Source: the human T2T-CHM13v2.0 reference genome, Homo sapiens. From it: a stretch of DNA of 64,000 bases. A program made the position numbers and the translations under genes. Shown here piece by piece: positions 61,871-64,000 of the stretch. Position 1 is the first letter of the stretch. Each line of letters begins with the position of its first letter. A model generated the notes under the pieces. That model saw only the letters and a program-made list of their open reading frames with translations. It searched no databases and had not been told where the DNA came from. The stretch is from NCBI RefSeq assembly GCF_009914755.1, contig NC_060947.1, one strand, 5' to 3'.

Positions 61871-62834
61871 AAATATGAAATAACTATTATTTAGAGAAGT
61901 AATGTTTTATGAGGTGAAAAGGGCAGTAAGATTTTCAGATAAGCAGACACATATAAATGTCCATGAGACAGATAATTATAGCCTGATTTGGCACAGTAGC
62001 AGTACATATAAGAAAAAAGGGACCAATTAAAGAAATATCTCATTAGAAGATTTGTTTGTGAAGGAAAAGTGACAGGTCTCTCTGGAATTTTGAAATTGAA
62101 TGACTGGAATGATAATGATATTAAAAACTGAGAGGCAAAAGTCAGAAATAAGACTTGATTTATGAAGGAAATTAATTAGGACCCTATGATGTTCAATTGA
62201 GAGCTCATGAGACATCGAAGTTTATCTTGAGGACAGATCTGACTTTTATAAAGTTCTGTATTTTCTGGCAATAAAAATGAATCAAGGAGAGGCTTCTCCT
62301 GCCTCCCCCATTCTGGCTTCTCTATAAATTAACACATGCAATTATTGAATATTTGCATTATGTGCCACATTTAGTCTTTATAACCATAAAAGAACCATAC
62401 TATGAATTGCATTTTTGTACAAATGTTTTTAAGATTTTTCTTTTCCTTCTTCTCTCTAAATAAGCAAATGAAAATTTGTTATCTGATCCTGAGTGAAAAT
62501 TCTTGTGTCTCAGTCTCCCAGTCTTTGTCTCTGAGAAGAGACAGGAATCAGATCAGGCCCCTTAGGTACAATGGGCACTGTAGAACCCAGGCTGCCCACT
62601 TAAACAGGCAGAATGAAAAAGAACACAGAGAAAACAGTGTCTGCCTTATGAGTTAATTTGATTCCTCTTGCTGACGTTGCTGACTATTAGAATCCCAAGA
62701 TTCTGGACGTTGGTGACCAGGCTGATTATTCTGCATTTATCTGCCTGAGTAGGGCAATCTCTGAAATCAACCTCTTTTCTGCCTAGTTAGTGTCTGACAG
62801 AACTACTCCCTGCCTACTGGACTGCCTATTGATC

Positions 62835-63310
62835 CTTTTTATTTAAAATCAAAACATTTTATTATTGAAAATTTCAAATACATACATAGAAATAATATAA
62901 TGAGCCCTACGTATCCATTAGTCAACATCAACATCAACATTTATCAGTATTAGACCAATCTTTCTTCATTGCTTCATTTATCTGCCCCCTTTTAAAGCAC
63001 ATCCCAGACATCATATCATTTTACCCATGAATAATTTAGTATGTGTCTCTGATAGAAACATATACACATACACACATGAATATGAATGTATACATACATG
63101 TATATATATACTTATATATACACACATATGCATATTACATCTAATACATGTAGCAATAGTCCCTTAAAACTTACTTCATATTGTATTTGTATTACATTTT
63201 CATGATTATCTCAACGATATCTTTTTACAGTTGGTTGGCTTGAATCCAAACAATGTCCACATATTAAATTTGGAAGTTAAGTCTCTAGTCTCTTCTATTC
63301 TCCAACAGTC
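62835..63310 (-). mobile_element. Old L1M 3' end containing a mixed TA/CA repeat (63060-63130)
   Basis: ttttattattgaaaatttcaaatacatac; ttttaaagcacatcccagacatcatatcatttt. Confidence 0.7.
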
Positions 63311-64000
63311 TTTTGCTCCCTAACCTTACTTTATGCTTTTGTGTCTTTAAGTAAGAAGGCCATACCCTTACTCAAAGTATATAAGTATATACTGCCAAGC
63401 ATTTATTTGCTTTTCTGGAATCAAACTCCTTCTTACTCATCTATCTAGTGGCTGAAGAAATATTCCTGCTTGGTTGGATTCTACACACTGTCTCCTTCCA
63501 GTAAGGCCTGTCTGACTCTCAGCCAGTCTTGTGGGACAAGTGCTTTCCAGTCTAGAAGTACTCATTAACCTCTACGTATTTTTTTTCTTTGTTTTAACCC
63601 AAATGCCAATGGTATTTCTTATAAATACTGTCTTATACAAGGATAAGTGTTATTTGAATACCTTGGTATTTTACTTCATTATTGTAAGACCTTGAACTAA
63701 CTATTTTGGAAATAAAGTGTAACCATTAAATCATTGAAAGAATGTCAATATTAACAAAAAGGAGTTTTCATGAACAGAGACGTCACATCGAATAATAATA
63801 TAAAAGCATCACATATTTATTGGCATTGGAAACCAGACCATCAGATCTAATTTATTCCTTAAAATTTTGTTTCTCCTACCAAAATGCAGTATAATAAACT
63901 CAAACAGGTTACATATTAGTATTCCAAATTATATCACTGCAGAAGTTGCTGAGCTTTCAAGATATACATCTGTTTAATAGATACAGCCCTCAACTTTTTT

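Overview
Primate (hominid, probably human) non-coding DNA made almost entirely of transposon remnants. I found no intact cellular protein-coding gene, RNA gene or CRISPR array. Bases 1-6255 are a decayed betaretrovirus-like endogenous provirus (most likely HERV-K HML-5/HERVK22; gag-pro(dUTPase/PR)-pol-env), interrupted by a short L1PA insertion and cut off inside env TM. The rest holds a full-length SVA, a 4.7 kb L1PA4-like LINE, older L1PA/L1M elements, several Alus (one very young AluY), MaLR/ERVL LTRs, MIR, L2 and MER5. I cannot support a wholly new biological system. The most interesting signals are: (i) dense GA>AA (APOBEC3-type) hypermutation in the provirus; (ii) several templated-insertion or fold-back repair scars (6256-7860, 33203-34909, 45223-45554, 59143-59259); (iii) an orphan polyadenylated retrocopy with TSDs at 6584-6794; (iv) an old L1 whose 5'UTR is joined directly to late ORF2; (v) a Rec-like env leader. 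Subfamily names come from my recollection of consensus sequences, not from a database search.
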